Below are positions 22,908 to 35,100 of a DNA stretch of 64,000 bases, one piece after another. The DNA lies in the NCBI GenBank assembly GCA_043228905.1, contig JBHGNT010000006.1:11966001-12030000 (forward strand), read 5' to 3'. Source of the DNA: Azolla caroliniana (Eukaryota > Plantae > Polypodiophyta). A program made the position numbers and the translations under genes. Each line of letters starts with the position of its first letter. Position 1 is the stretch's first letter. The notes below the pieces were generated by a model. It was not told the origin of the DNA. It made no database searches and worked only from the letters and a program-made list of their open reading frames with translations.

Positions 22908-24348
22908 ATGAAGACATTGAAGCAGCAGCAGCTTCTTCTTCATCGCCATGACTTCTCCATGAACGCCACGGCTCTGCACAAGGCCCTCAGCACCCGCACC
23001 CTTCCTTATCACGCTTCTTCACCATTCTGCTCCAGAGCATCATCATCATCATCAGGAACAGGAACAGGAACAGAGCCATTTGCCAAGCCCCTATCCTCCA
23101 TCTACCCTCCTGCACCATGCCGATTCTGCAAAGGTAAATACTCCCTTCATTATCTCCCCCCCCCCCACCCCCCCCTTCCTATTTCTTGCCTTCCTTCCTT
23201 CTCTCTTCGTCTGAGCTTCGGTTGCCGAACAGGCAGGTGCAGGAACGGTGCCTTGTTCAATTTGTGGAGGCAAAGGTGTACTTGCTAAGGGCGGTTTCCA
23301 TGCCAACAATCGTGTAGATCTCACTCGGATCATTGGTATGTCTGAGATTCCGTTCTATATCATCACTCATTCTTCATTTACTCCACAATTGCCCACCCCC
23401 TCTACAAGCATATTGTTATGATGATGATGATGATGATGATGATTACCTAGACTTGTAGGATTTATTTACCTTCCTCTACCTCACAACGCTCATCAGATCC
23501 TTCACATGATCGTCCACAAACCCCTACAATTTTCTTTTGCTCAAGCATTTCAAAATTCATTGCGCATTGACAAGTCAAATAAAGGTTGTCTATGCGGAAA
23601 TTGTTCCCTAAAGGAATGTCTTCGAGCTTCTCGGTATATTTATCTCCCCATACACCTTCCAACTGTCAACAGGCACCTTACCCACATTTGAGCACGAGAA
23701 CAGCACTCTAGGAGTCCAAAACCAGTTCATTCAACGCTTGGGTTTCCCATTGTTTCGTACAAATAATTGTGTACAACATATCCAGCTTCTCATTATGAAT
23801 CTATTGTAAAGGGGAGCTTATCAATCAAAGGGACGATAGCAAAGTGGCAATCTATTCTCAATGAGCTTGCATTATATTTCCTGCATAATTAATAAGTCCT
23901 ACAAGAACATGATCTTGTTGTTCCATTAATCTAATATTGTTTGTTTCCTTGATGTAGGTTCCAAATGGACGGCAATGGAGCCCACCTTTGGATGGCGCCA
24001 CTTTGAATGTACATCCAAGCAGAAACAAGGCAAAGACTGGTTTTTGCAACTTGTTGCCACATGCGACCAGAACACCCAATTTTGGGTAAATTCACAAAAC
24101 CTCAAGGTAGCCAGCCATCCACATGCACTAAACATCACATGCTTCTCTCGGAAGTGTTTCTATCTAACCCCTTTGTGCCGTCCTTTACGTAGGATCGAGA
24201 AAGATGGAGTATGGGTTGGCTTCAAAGGGAAACTATACTTGAAAGAAATGAAAAGGCAACACCATGCAAGTCTTGTAGAGGCGTGGGAATCCTGTCCTGC
24301 GATGCATGTGAGCAAAAAGATAATCAGGCTGAGATCATAAACGTGTAA
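22908..24348 (+). CDS. DnaJ-type zinc-finger protein with an inserted Trp-rich DUF2389/TIGR02450-like domain, probably plastid-targeted; exons 22908-23133, 23237-23335, 23958-24106, 24193-24348 (209 aa)
   Basis: GT-AG introns in consistent phases (1,1,0) give an open 630-nt frame: Ser-rich N-terminus, CRFCKGAG, CSICGGKG, then GSKWTAMEPTFGWRHF...LVATCD...FWVNSQNLKDRERWSMGW, then CKSCRGVG, CDAC, stop TAA. Confidence 0.88.
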
Positions 24349-26168
24349 AATGATTTCAATTTACAATGGGTAATTAGTTGGAATACACAACGAGCTACAA
24401 AACCATGATAAATATGAGTCTGTATAAAATATGGATTGATCTGTAGTCTGATTTATTATTACCATCTCTATATATGGCTGGGTTCAGAGCTTCAATTTGA
24501 TTCTCGCACTTTCCCGTCACATGTATTTTTAAACTTTTAAGTATAAAATGTGCCCTTCATTTTCAAGTTCTTATGTAAATTCTTGTATCGGAAACATCCT
24601 TCATTTCGAAAAGCTAACAAGTGCAAATGTATATGTACAATGGGCATGACCTAATTGTAAGACAATTGGATGTTGATTCTACACTCCTGTATACTCGGTT
24701 ATCTATAAAAGAACACTTTCCATACATTATGGAAAGGATGAATAAGATAAGGGAATATCCTTCTCTTTACTAAGATCACTAATGTTGGGTTTATAAATAC
24801 CAAATTAGTCTTCACGTTTTACAACAAGAGCTTCATTGAGCCCCATTTACGTGAAAAACTGATGCTATAAATACATTAAGCAAAAACATTTAGTATAAAT
24901 ACTGATAATGAAAGCTCAACTAAACAAACACATTACTCAAAAAAATATGAACTTATGAATGACAAGCTTGATAAATAAAAAGCTACAGACAAAAAATATA
25001 AGAGCATTATGCATGTAATAGAGAACCTCATGGTAGATTTTTTATTACACTTTGCGTGATGTTTTGATGCAAACATTCCGTTAACAAGAAAATAAAAAGA
25101 ACAAATTGAGGAATAAAACCTACTTTTGAACAGTCAAAGACACGTGTACAGGAATGGTGGTTATAATTTAGGGTTTTGTGCAGATTAACTTACACATTGC
25201 AAAACACATGGAAATGGATATAGTGAAGGTAGAACTAATAAAGGTTAAGAGTTTCACAGATAAAGATAAATCTCTGACCAGTTCTCTTAGTTTCTATACA
25301 AAACTATTATTATCAATATTATTGTATTGATAAAAAAAATATTTACATGATAAACTTTTGTCTGAACTGATCATGTCATTTAATGCAACCACCTCATACA
25401 TTACCTAATGCATAAGTATTTAATATGTACATGCATACAAATTATAATACATACAACGTTCAAAATGCAGGTCAGCCTTCCGTTTTTCACTTCGGATGAC
25501 GGCCAATAACAGGAAAATGACTGTCGATGGACAGCCTTGGTTGCGATATGTGTAAGTTAGAGATAAAAGATGAAATCATGGTTTTTGGAGCATTCATGAT
25601 GCTTAATAATAAATGAATACTATATCCCGCAACACTAAAGTCTTCTTTCTCATTATAGTTTCTCTCTCAGATAACATCCTCAAACAAATTTCGCTTGGTG
25701 TACTTGTTTCAAGACAATTGGTAAAGCATTCAGAACCCTGTGATTTTACAGATTGGTTTCCAGTCTCTCCACCAATACATTTGATATTTTCCTGTGATTC
25801 ACCTACTAACATTATGAAACATCATTTTTATCATAGAATTCTGCTCCAATCAAGCAGGATATTTTTCCTTTCAGTAAAAATAATACATACAGTATGATAC
25901 AATTGTAGTTTATAATCAACACAACTTAAAGGCTTCTTTAGGGATATAAATTAAGGATGCGGTCATTCTGACATCTCAGTAATGGTAGTTTGGAATGTTT
26001 CTTGCCTACCTGAGTTACATATGCATGTAGTGATCGAAGAGTACATCAAGTTCTCTTGCTGTACATTGGTGGACCCATTAAAGGGATTGGGAATATAGAG
26101 ACACACACACACATGTATAGATATTTACAGAATTGGTTTCGTATATTGATACAGTTGTGTGATCAAAG

Positions 26169-29100
26169 CTAAGTTAGGAATCTTGATGACCCTGGAGTAT
26201 CGCTTGCACACAGCCCTGTTCTTTGACATGTTGGCATTGGTGAATGTAGGGAACGTAGCTCACTAAGGTGCCGTTTCTCCAAGTCAATTTTATTCTGCAA
26301 GAACCGGTATGTTTAGGTTAGGGCATTACATAGTGATAGAATCCATATAAATGTACATTTAAGAATGTCTTTACTATTGTGATAGCATAAAGCCAATATC
26401 GGTGCACACTCAACAAAACTATCAAACAAAATGATGATGCATCAAACCTTAAGTTTGAGATCTGCAAGCTCCCGTTCTGTATTATCTAATCGATTTCGAA
26501 AATATTTTAGAGCTTCTGCTGCAGTCACGTGGTCAACAGTTCTTGTTGGCCTCTGAAATTCAGTTACCTATACAAAACAAGAAAGAGAAGAAAGATAAGA
26601 GAAGGTAATCAATGGCCGACTTCTAATTCTAGAGCACTGCCAATGACCTCTGTAAGGCTTACCTGAAGCACATGTGTGCAAAGAGTAATCAGCTCTTGGG
26701 CAACTTGAATCTTTTCTTCTTCAACTTCCTGGGAATGTTGAAATACAATCAGACAGCTGCACCAATTTTAAAGCATACATTATGAATTGCATCTCTTGCT
26801 TTACTCCAATATGTACCTGTAGTTTTGATCGCAGTCTCTGCTCTTCGTCGAGGTCTAGGTGAGGAGTTTTGCCATCAGCTGCCCTATACCTTGCCAGTTC
26901 TTCATTTACTCGATTAAGGACCATCTCAGATCGCCTCAACTTAGACATTAGGTCCTCATTCATCAACCTCAGGTAGTTGTTCTCTTCCTTCATTGAGGAA
27001 AACAATACACAGATATTATTGCCTATTTGACACTTAACAGGCATGTCCTTAAAACACTCACTCACAAAGCTCAGCCATCGTTTATTTAAAATCCATACAT
27101 CGTTTGAACACTTATCCATCATTTACACATTATAGTGTTCTTGAAAACTTTCCCATCATTGATACACTTATCTACCAGCATGTTGTAATGATTACTGCAA
27201 GTAATGAACGCTAAGAACATGGAGATTAACAGTTCTTGATCATTTCATTAACAATATATCAAACTTCATCATAGCTCTCTGGAAAGACACCTTAATTTTG
27301 GCATGGTGGTGAATCCTCTGTTGAAGATTTTGTTGCCCAGAAAGTTTCTTGACCTCTGCCTCTAGCTCCAGAAGCTTCTTCTTCTGGGCTGCATTTTCAA
27401 TTTTCAGTGCTTCATTCTCTGCACCAAAAAGTTGATCACGCTGTCGTAACTTCTCAGCTGCAACTCTAGCAGTCATCATTTCAGCTTGCCGCCTATTGAT
27501 CTCTTCAAGCCAACTGCAGAATCCATCGACTTGTTAATCCATTGTTCTCAGAAATGATAATAGTTCGTTCAAGGAAATGAATACCTTTCTCTTTCTTCAA
27601 TAAATTCGTTAAGTTTGACCTTCAACGTCAGCAATTCTTTTTCCTGAATTGAAAATATAGTTTCCAGATATAAATGACACAGCAAAGCATGGTTAATTAT
27701 CTCTCAAATTAAACCATACCTTCTCCTTTGTCTCCTCACACTGCGCAAAAGATTTCTCTGCGAATTTCTGTACCTGGTGATTGTTAATCAATGCCTGCAC
27801 AGTTTTGAGTCACCATATTAAGAAAGAACAAAGGTTGAAAAATCACTCCTATATCCACTGTGAAATGATAATTGCATTCATCAAATTCTTGTTAAACTCT
27901 AAGATGATGTTCTTACCGCATAATTTGTGATGTCTAACTTAACACCAACCAGATCCCTAATTACATCATGAGTTAAGCTCTCAGCCTCAGCTAACCTAAC
28001 ATTGAGCATAAACACCTGTATGTAATACCAACAGAAATTCAGGTACAGTTTCTCCATGGAATAACTAGCGAAATAACGCAACTTGTCCAACCTCTTTCTG
28101 CCTGGAAGATGCAAGTGCCTCAAGTTCTTCTATCTTTTGCCGACTAGAGAAAAGCTCTTCTTCAATATCATGAGTCATCTGTTGTGATAAGCCTGAACCA
28201 ATGCACTTAAATGGAGAACCTCCGCGTGGTTTTGAAATGTTTTTATCGACAAACTTGGGATTTATTGATGTAGTGTTTGATCGTTCCTCCCTCATGTTTT
28301 CAAGACTCCTTAGCTGTTATTTAAAACACAGAAGGGTTTAGTAATTACAATTTGCAAGATGATTAGATGAGGATATGCTGTTCAGGTCATACAATCTGCT
28401 GGTGTTCAGATGCCTGCCTATCTGCATCGGCCATCACCTCCACGATGTTATTTTTATACCTTTTGATCTGTAGTCACAAGAAGGTAATGAACGCTTCAGT
28501 ACCTCTACAAAAGCTATATAGGGCGGTATGCATACATAGAACAGGTTTTGTACAACTTCACCTGCTCATCTTTTTCTATGCATATCTTTTCAAGAAACTC
28601 AACTTTTTGTTCAGCTTCCATCAGTTTGATCTCCGTCACCTCCAAATCTCTGTAGGTTGAATTTTGAGCATCATTAAATTTTTACAAAAAGCATGGAACA
28701 TTCATCTGAAGGACATAATACCTTTGGTTCTTTTCTGAGATGGAAAATTGTGCCTCACAACCATGCTGAAGGTTCCACAGTTGGTGTTTTAAGGCTTCTA
28801 CTTCCATTTCTTTACCTTCATTCATTAATTGTCGTTTCTCAATTTTCAGCATACCCAGCTGTTAGTGAAAATGCAACTATATCAAATATGGCATTGTTTT
28901 GCCTCATGGCTAAGTCGTAATAGTAACAGTACTTTCTACCAAAATTAATAAGATCTGGAATAACTAAAAAGAACAGAATTCATTACTTGAGTCTCCAATG
29001 CATTTACTGTACTTTCTAGGTCCTTGACAGACTGTTCCAGAAACTTTGCGTCCTCTTCCTTTTGCTCTGCAAGTGTTTTACTTCTTTCCGCTACCTAGTT

Positions 29101-32100
29101 AGCATAAATACAAAATGAAATGGTCAATTCTGTATCAAGCTACTATAATAAACCTTAACGTAGTTACTTGACATACCTGGCGAGCTTCCACTGCTAAGGC
29201 TTCCTGTTCATCAGCCGTTTCTTGTGCCATTTCCAACTGCTCATTTAGAACTACCAACTCCGCTTGAAGCGAGTCTCTCTCTTTCATAACTTCATATAAG
29301 TCATTCTGCATCTGCTCTGAAGAAAGGGCCTTTCCTTGCTGTATTACATTGTTCAACTCTACTAACTCCACTTCAAGCAATTCTACTCTCTCCATTTTCT
29401 CTTCTAGTTCTTCTTCAATCAGATTAATTTTAGAAGTCAATTCTTCCACCTGGGCCTTTAGGTGTATATTATTTTTCTCCAGTAAAGATAGATTGTTCAT
29501 CTGCTCTACTATTGTGGCCGTCATATTGGCGAGATTGTTGTTGTTGGAGTGATCAGTTTGTTCTAATTCTTTTTCTAAGCTGTTTATTTCTAGCTGCATT
29601 TGATGATTTTCTTCTTTAAGTGGTCTCATAATAACATTTGGTTCCTGCTTTTCAATTGCCTTTGCTGCTTTCTCTTGAAATGTGGCAATCTCAGATATCA
29701 ACTGCTTTATCAATTCATCTTTGTGCAGAATTTCTTTTTCTCTTTTTTCTTTCTCATCACTTATCAACTCAAACTTTTTCCAAGCTAAATCAGTCTGCTC
29801 TCTGCAGTTCTCAACTTCCCTTTCCACCTCACTCAGAACAAGTTCGCAGCCTTCAGTAAAAGCAACTTGTACATCATGGCAAACTTCCTTATAGAGCCAC
29901 TTCGTAATTCTTTCAATTTTTCTATGTAATCCTATCAGTTTCATTTCCTGCCCTTCAACAATTTCCAAGAGATTTTTAGAATCATTTTGTGTCACTGCAA
30001 TGGCACCTCCAATGTGGTCATTCTGATCTCTCTGAAATTGCAAAGCCTTGATCCCTGCTTGACGACGATACTTTTCTTCCAGTAAAATATCCCTCTCTCT
30101 CTTAACATCCATAATTAACCCTGACATGGCATCCATCTCCATGAGTTGATCATTCAAGAGCATTTCTTTTTGGTGAAGGCATTCCTTCACATTTTCAAGG
30201 TCCTGTGTTACTTTATTGCCAAACTGAACAAGTGGCTCAATGTCATTCAGAACAAGATTTAGTTGACATAAAATACCCTCCAAAGTTTTGAATTCACCTT
30301 CATTGACTATGGCTGATGTTAACAGATGTTCCGCTCTATGATGGAAATCAGTGTACCTGTTTTTATGGATTTCGACATCATTAAATATCCTCACAATATT
30401 TTCATTAATTTCTCTGGACGCAGCAAACATTTCTTGAACTTTAGACATCTCATTTTCTCTTTTATGCACGGCTATCAAGAGACTATCTTTCTGCTTTCGC
30501 AGAAGTAAATTCTCTTCCTCCAATTTAATTTGGCTTTCTTTAACATAGATCAGATCCTGTTCTCTCTGAGTCAAAAGCTCAAGAGATTTGGAATGAGATG
30601 CTTTCAATTCCGCAACTATATCGCAGCTACTCTGAAGTTCATATTTGAGGATTTCCATATCTCTCCCCTGACACTGTACTTCAGCGTTCAGCTCATCATC
30701 AGCAGTAAAATATATGGAATTTCCTAAAAGAGATCTATTCTCTTCAACATAAGCTTTTGGTGAATCCACACCTTCTCCATCCAGAGTCTTGCAAGCTAAC
30801 CTTGTGGTTGCTATGAATTGTTCTAACATTTGTTTTTCCTGCTGCAGAAGAGTAAAGTGATCGTTAGATTCCTCCTGCTGTTTACAAAGGTCTTTGATTT
30901 GTTCATCTCGAAGCTGCAGTTGGATTAGCGTATCTTTGTACTTCCCATCAAGTTCTTCGCAGGTTTTATATAGATGACTGACTTCCAATTGAAGTTGAGC
31001 TATAACATGTTCCTTGTCTGTCGTCTTTTCCTCATGCGCTATTATTTCTTCATGCAATTTACACTGTAGTATCTGGGCAAAATCAGAGTTCTCCTGCTGG
31101 AAACTTTCCTGCATATGAAGTAGCATATCTTTTGAGAAAGTTGCCTCAAAAATCAGAAGAACTTTCACAGTCATCAATTGTTCCTGAAAATCCAAGGAGA
31201 TACTAGAACACCTCTCTTGCTCATTTTTTACTTGCATTTCTAGTCCTGCTATCTTATTATGGTAATGAGATATTTCTACTGCTTGAGATTCTTGGAGGAT
31301 CTGTTGCAATGAGCTTTCGGTTCTTAAAGCTACAACTTCTGATTTAAATGTGTCCAATGTAGAAATTATATTTAACCTTTCCAACAGCAGCTGCTGGTAG
31401 TATTTTTCGATGTTCTGAAGCTCATTACCTAGCACATCTCTGACTATGTGCATCTCCACAACTGCCCCAAGTTTACAGTCATCCAATTCCTCAGTTAAAG
31501 TTCGTAAATTCCTTGAAAGGAAGGTGTTCTTCTGTTCTTCTTCATTTAAATGTAGTTGTGCTTTGCTAAGTTTTGTTTCAGAAATTTGCATCTTCTCATT
31601 CAAACCCTGTATAACTGTCTCAAGTTCAGCTATCCTATTTGCTAATGCAATTTTGTGCTCTTCATAATAAATATTCTGTGTTTTATGAAGCTCTTCGTCC
31701 AACTGCAGCCTTTTGCTATGTCGAGACTCATTTTGGTCTAACATCCATTCAAGCAATTGCAACATATTCCTGGTGATCTCAGCCTCAAAAATCAGCAAAG
31801 TCTTATCTTTTGTCCAATTTTCCATGAGATTATTCAGACAATTAGAAGAATTGGCACTTGCATCTTTAAGAGTCTTTACATCGTCCTGCAAAGAGAAGTT
31901 CTCTTTTTCCATCTGTTCTATAATCTGGACAAAGTGCAGGTGCTTATCTGATGAATCTTTCTGTAGCTTCTCATTCTGAGCTACTAGTTCATATTTCTCT
32001 TTTTCAGCTGCTTCCAGATCATCAATCAGAGATTTTGCATTCACCTTCTCTATCTCCAACTTCTCGAGCAAGATAGATCTCTCGGTTTTAAGCTGAGTTA

Positions 32101-35100
32101 GCTTTTCATCAAAATTCTTGTTGAGTAACTGATTTTGCATTTCCATGGTAGACAGCATATGGCTACTTTCTAGCAATTCTTCTACTACAAGATTTTGACT
32201 GCAGGTATAAATATCATTAAGCAGCTGGTTCTCAATCAATGTGATAGTTCTATCATCTACAGCATGATGGGCTTCTGAAAGCAGCATTACATTCTTTTGC
32301 TCAACTATCTCAAGCTGTAGCTTTAAATATTCCAGTTGTTCCTCTGCTTTTTCCAGTTTAGTGACAAGCATATCATGCTCAAGCATGAATGCATCTATTT
32401 TAACCATGGATTCCTCCTTACATGACTCTAAGTGGCAAATATGTTCATGTAGATTCCGAATGGCTTCTTCATTTTTAGAGATAACACTTAATTTTTCCTC
32501 TAATTGCGCTGAATCTGTCATGGCTTGAAGATGCAAACTCTTCATTTCATTCTCCCTCCCTGCAATCATTGTGGCAAGAGAATCTTCTAGCCTGCTTTTC
32601 TCTGTAGCCATTTCATTGTGAAGCTGAGAGAATCTATCTATGACAAGAAATGCTGCAACCATTATGTTCTCCCATTTGAGTGCCTTTATTTCCCAAGCAT
32701 CAACCTTGTTTTGTAGAGCCTCAATAGACAATGTTTTCTGTTCAAGTGCAAGCTTCCCTGCTTCTAGATCCCTCAGAATAGTCATTTTCTCCTTTTGCTG
32801 GACATCAGCAATAGCAAGACTAACATCATTCAAAACTCTCACCTTCGTTTCAGTTTCCATCACAAGCTTCTGTGCTGCTATAAGTTTATTCTGCAGGATC
32901 TCTACAAGGCTGTCATCTTTTACAGCATCTAGTGTATTTGGGAACACATTATACTTGTTATAAGAAGCGTTTTCATTAGCTATGCTATCAACTTCATGAC
33001 AAGCAGCATCTAAGGCAAGGTTTCCCTCAGATAAACACTCAATAAGGTTAATCGCAGATGCTTCCCAGTCATCAGTTAGTTTTGAGAATTCTGATTGTTT
33101 GGCCTTGATTGCATCTTCATATAAAACATTCAACTTTGCATTCTCTGAAGATAAAGCACTCAACTCAATTTTAAGAGTTTCTAACTCCGTCCTTTCAAGA
33201 TTACTTCTTTTTTCGGCAGCTTGCACTTCTTGCTGTTGGGTTATTTCTTCCTGCAGCCTCAACTCAGTTCTAAGTGTTTCTAACTCAATTTCTAGCTTCA
33301 CAGCTTTTTCTTCAGCTTCCACTTCTCGTTGTTGGGCCATCATCTTAGCTTCTAGGAGACTGACATTTTCTGACTGAAGCAGTGCAATCACTTTGATTGT
33401 TTCTGTTTCAGCATCGGATTGTGCTTGTTCTTCTTTGGCCTTCATTGCGTCTTCATATAAGGCACTCACATTTGCATTTTCGGAAGATAAAGCACTCAAT
33501 TCGGTTCTAAGAATTTGTAGCTCCCCCTCTAATGTCATGATTTTTTCTTTAGCTTCTACTTCACCTTGCTTGGCAGTCTTCTGAGCTTCAAGAAGGTTTT
33601 CTATTTCTAACTGAAGAAGTGTAATTACTTTAATTGTCTCCATTTCTTCACCTGATTTTACCTTCTCTTCGCCTGCCTTCACTGCATCTTCATATAAAGC
33701 CTTTATCTTTGCATTTTCTGAAGACAAAGCATTTAATTCAGTTTGAAGTGTTTCTAACTCATTCGCTAGATTCGTGACTTTTTCTTCTGCTTCTGCTTCT
33801 CGTCGTTGGGTCATTTTCTGATCTTCACGTGAGTGAAGCAGTGTAATCGCTTCAGTTGCTTCCCTTTCTGCATTGAACTGCGTCTGTTCTTTGGCTTTGA
33901 TTGCATCTTCGTACAAAACACTTATTTTTGCATTTTCTGAACATAAGGCAGACAACTCACTTCTAAGAGCTTCTAACTCCATCTCAAGGTTCCGTACTTT
34001 TCCTTCTGCATCAACTTCTTTCTGTTGGGCTAAGTTCTGATCTTCAAGACAATTGGTTATTTCTGACTGAAGCCTCAACTCCGTTCTAAGTATTTCTAGC
34101 TCCCTTTCTAGGTTCATGACTTTCTCTTCACTTTCCACTTCTCGTTGTTGGGCTATCTTCTGATCTTCAAGAAGGTTTACTATTTCTGACTGGAGCAATG
34201 TAATCGCGTCAATTGTTTCCATTTCAGCATCGGTTTGTATCTGTTCTCTCTGATGTTCCACTTCTCTATACCAATTTTGTTCGTTTTGCAATTTATTATT
34301 CAGCTTCAATGCTTCCTTAAGAGCCACTTTTGTTCTCGCCAGTTTTTCCTGAAGCGTTGACTTTTGGTTTATGCAACTAGATACTGTTCCTAACTCTTGG
34401 ATCGAACATTGATCTTGAACTTTTCCCTGCACGAAAACGAGAATGGCTCAGATTTCTTGTTTTAACTCTATATGTCTACTCATACTTTAAAACAATACAT
34501 ATTTTGTTAAGGCTTTGGGAGACACCATTGTCTGGCCTTCATATATATATCCAATATATCTAGACTTTAAGATATGAAGTAAGGTTAACCTATAATAAAG
34601 CCTCTCATACATGCAGTTAGAAAATCTAGTTATGTGGTATCCAATTTTATATAACCAGTCTGATATTTAGAATATAAGGAGGTATGCAATGTAACTACAA
34701 ATCATTCTACCTGTAGTTCTACCATGTTCATAGAATCATTCTGATGTGTGCCATTGATGACTTCTCCATGGGAAGAAATAGGCGTGTCCTAAATATATAT
34801 GAGATACAGAAAGGAAGTCAGCCACTTCAACAAAATCAAAGTCTTCTTATGTAATGGATTGAGATTTTAAACTACTTAAAAACAAAACCTGAATTTCAGC
34901 AAGCTTGGTCTCAGTAACCTGGAGGCGTTCAAAAAGACCTCTTACATCTTCCAATGCATTTTTATTTTTCTGCAGTTTCAACCCAAAACAAAATCAATAA
35001 ATCAGCAAACCTGGCAGAAGCTACTGTAGCAATAGTGAAAACTGACTAAGAAAGAGTATTACAGTTCCGAAACAATTATCAGACACAAAACAATATAAAA

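Noticed and set aside
22683-23288. 201-aa single-exon ORF
   Set aside because: It covers 5' UTR, exon 1 and intron readthrough; the spliced 4-exon model explains the motifs.
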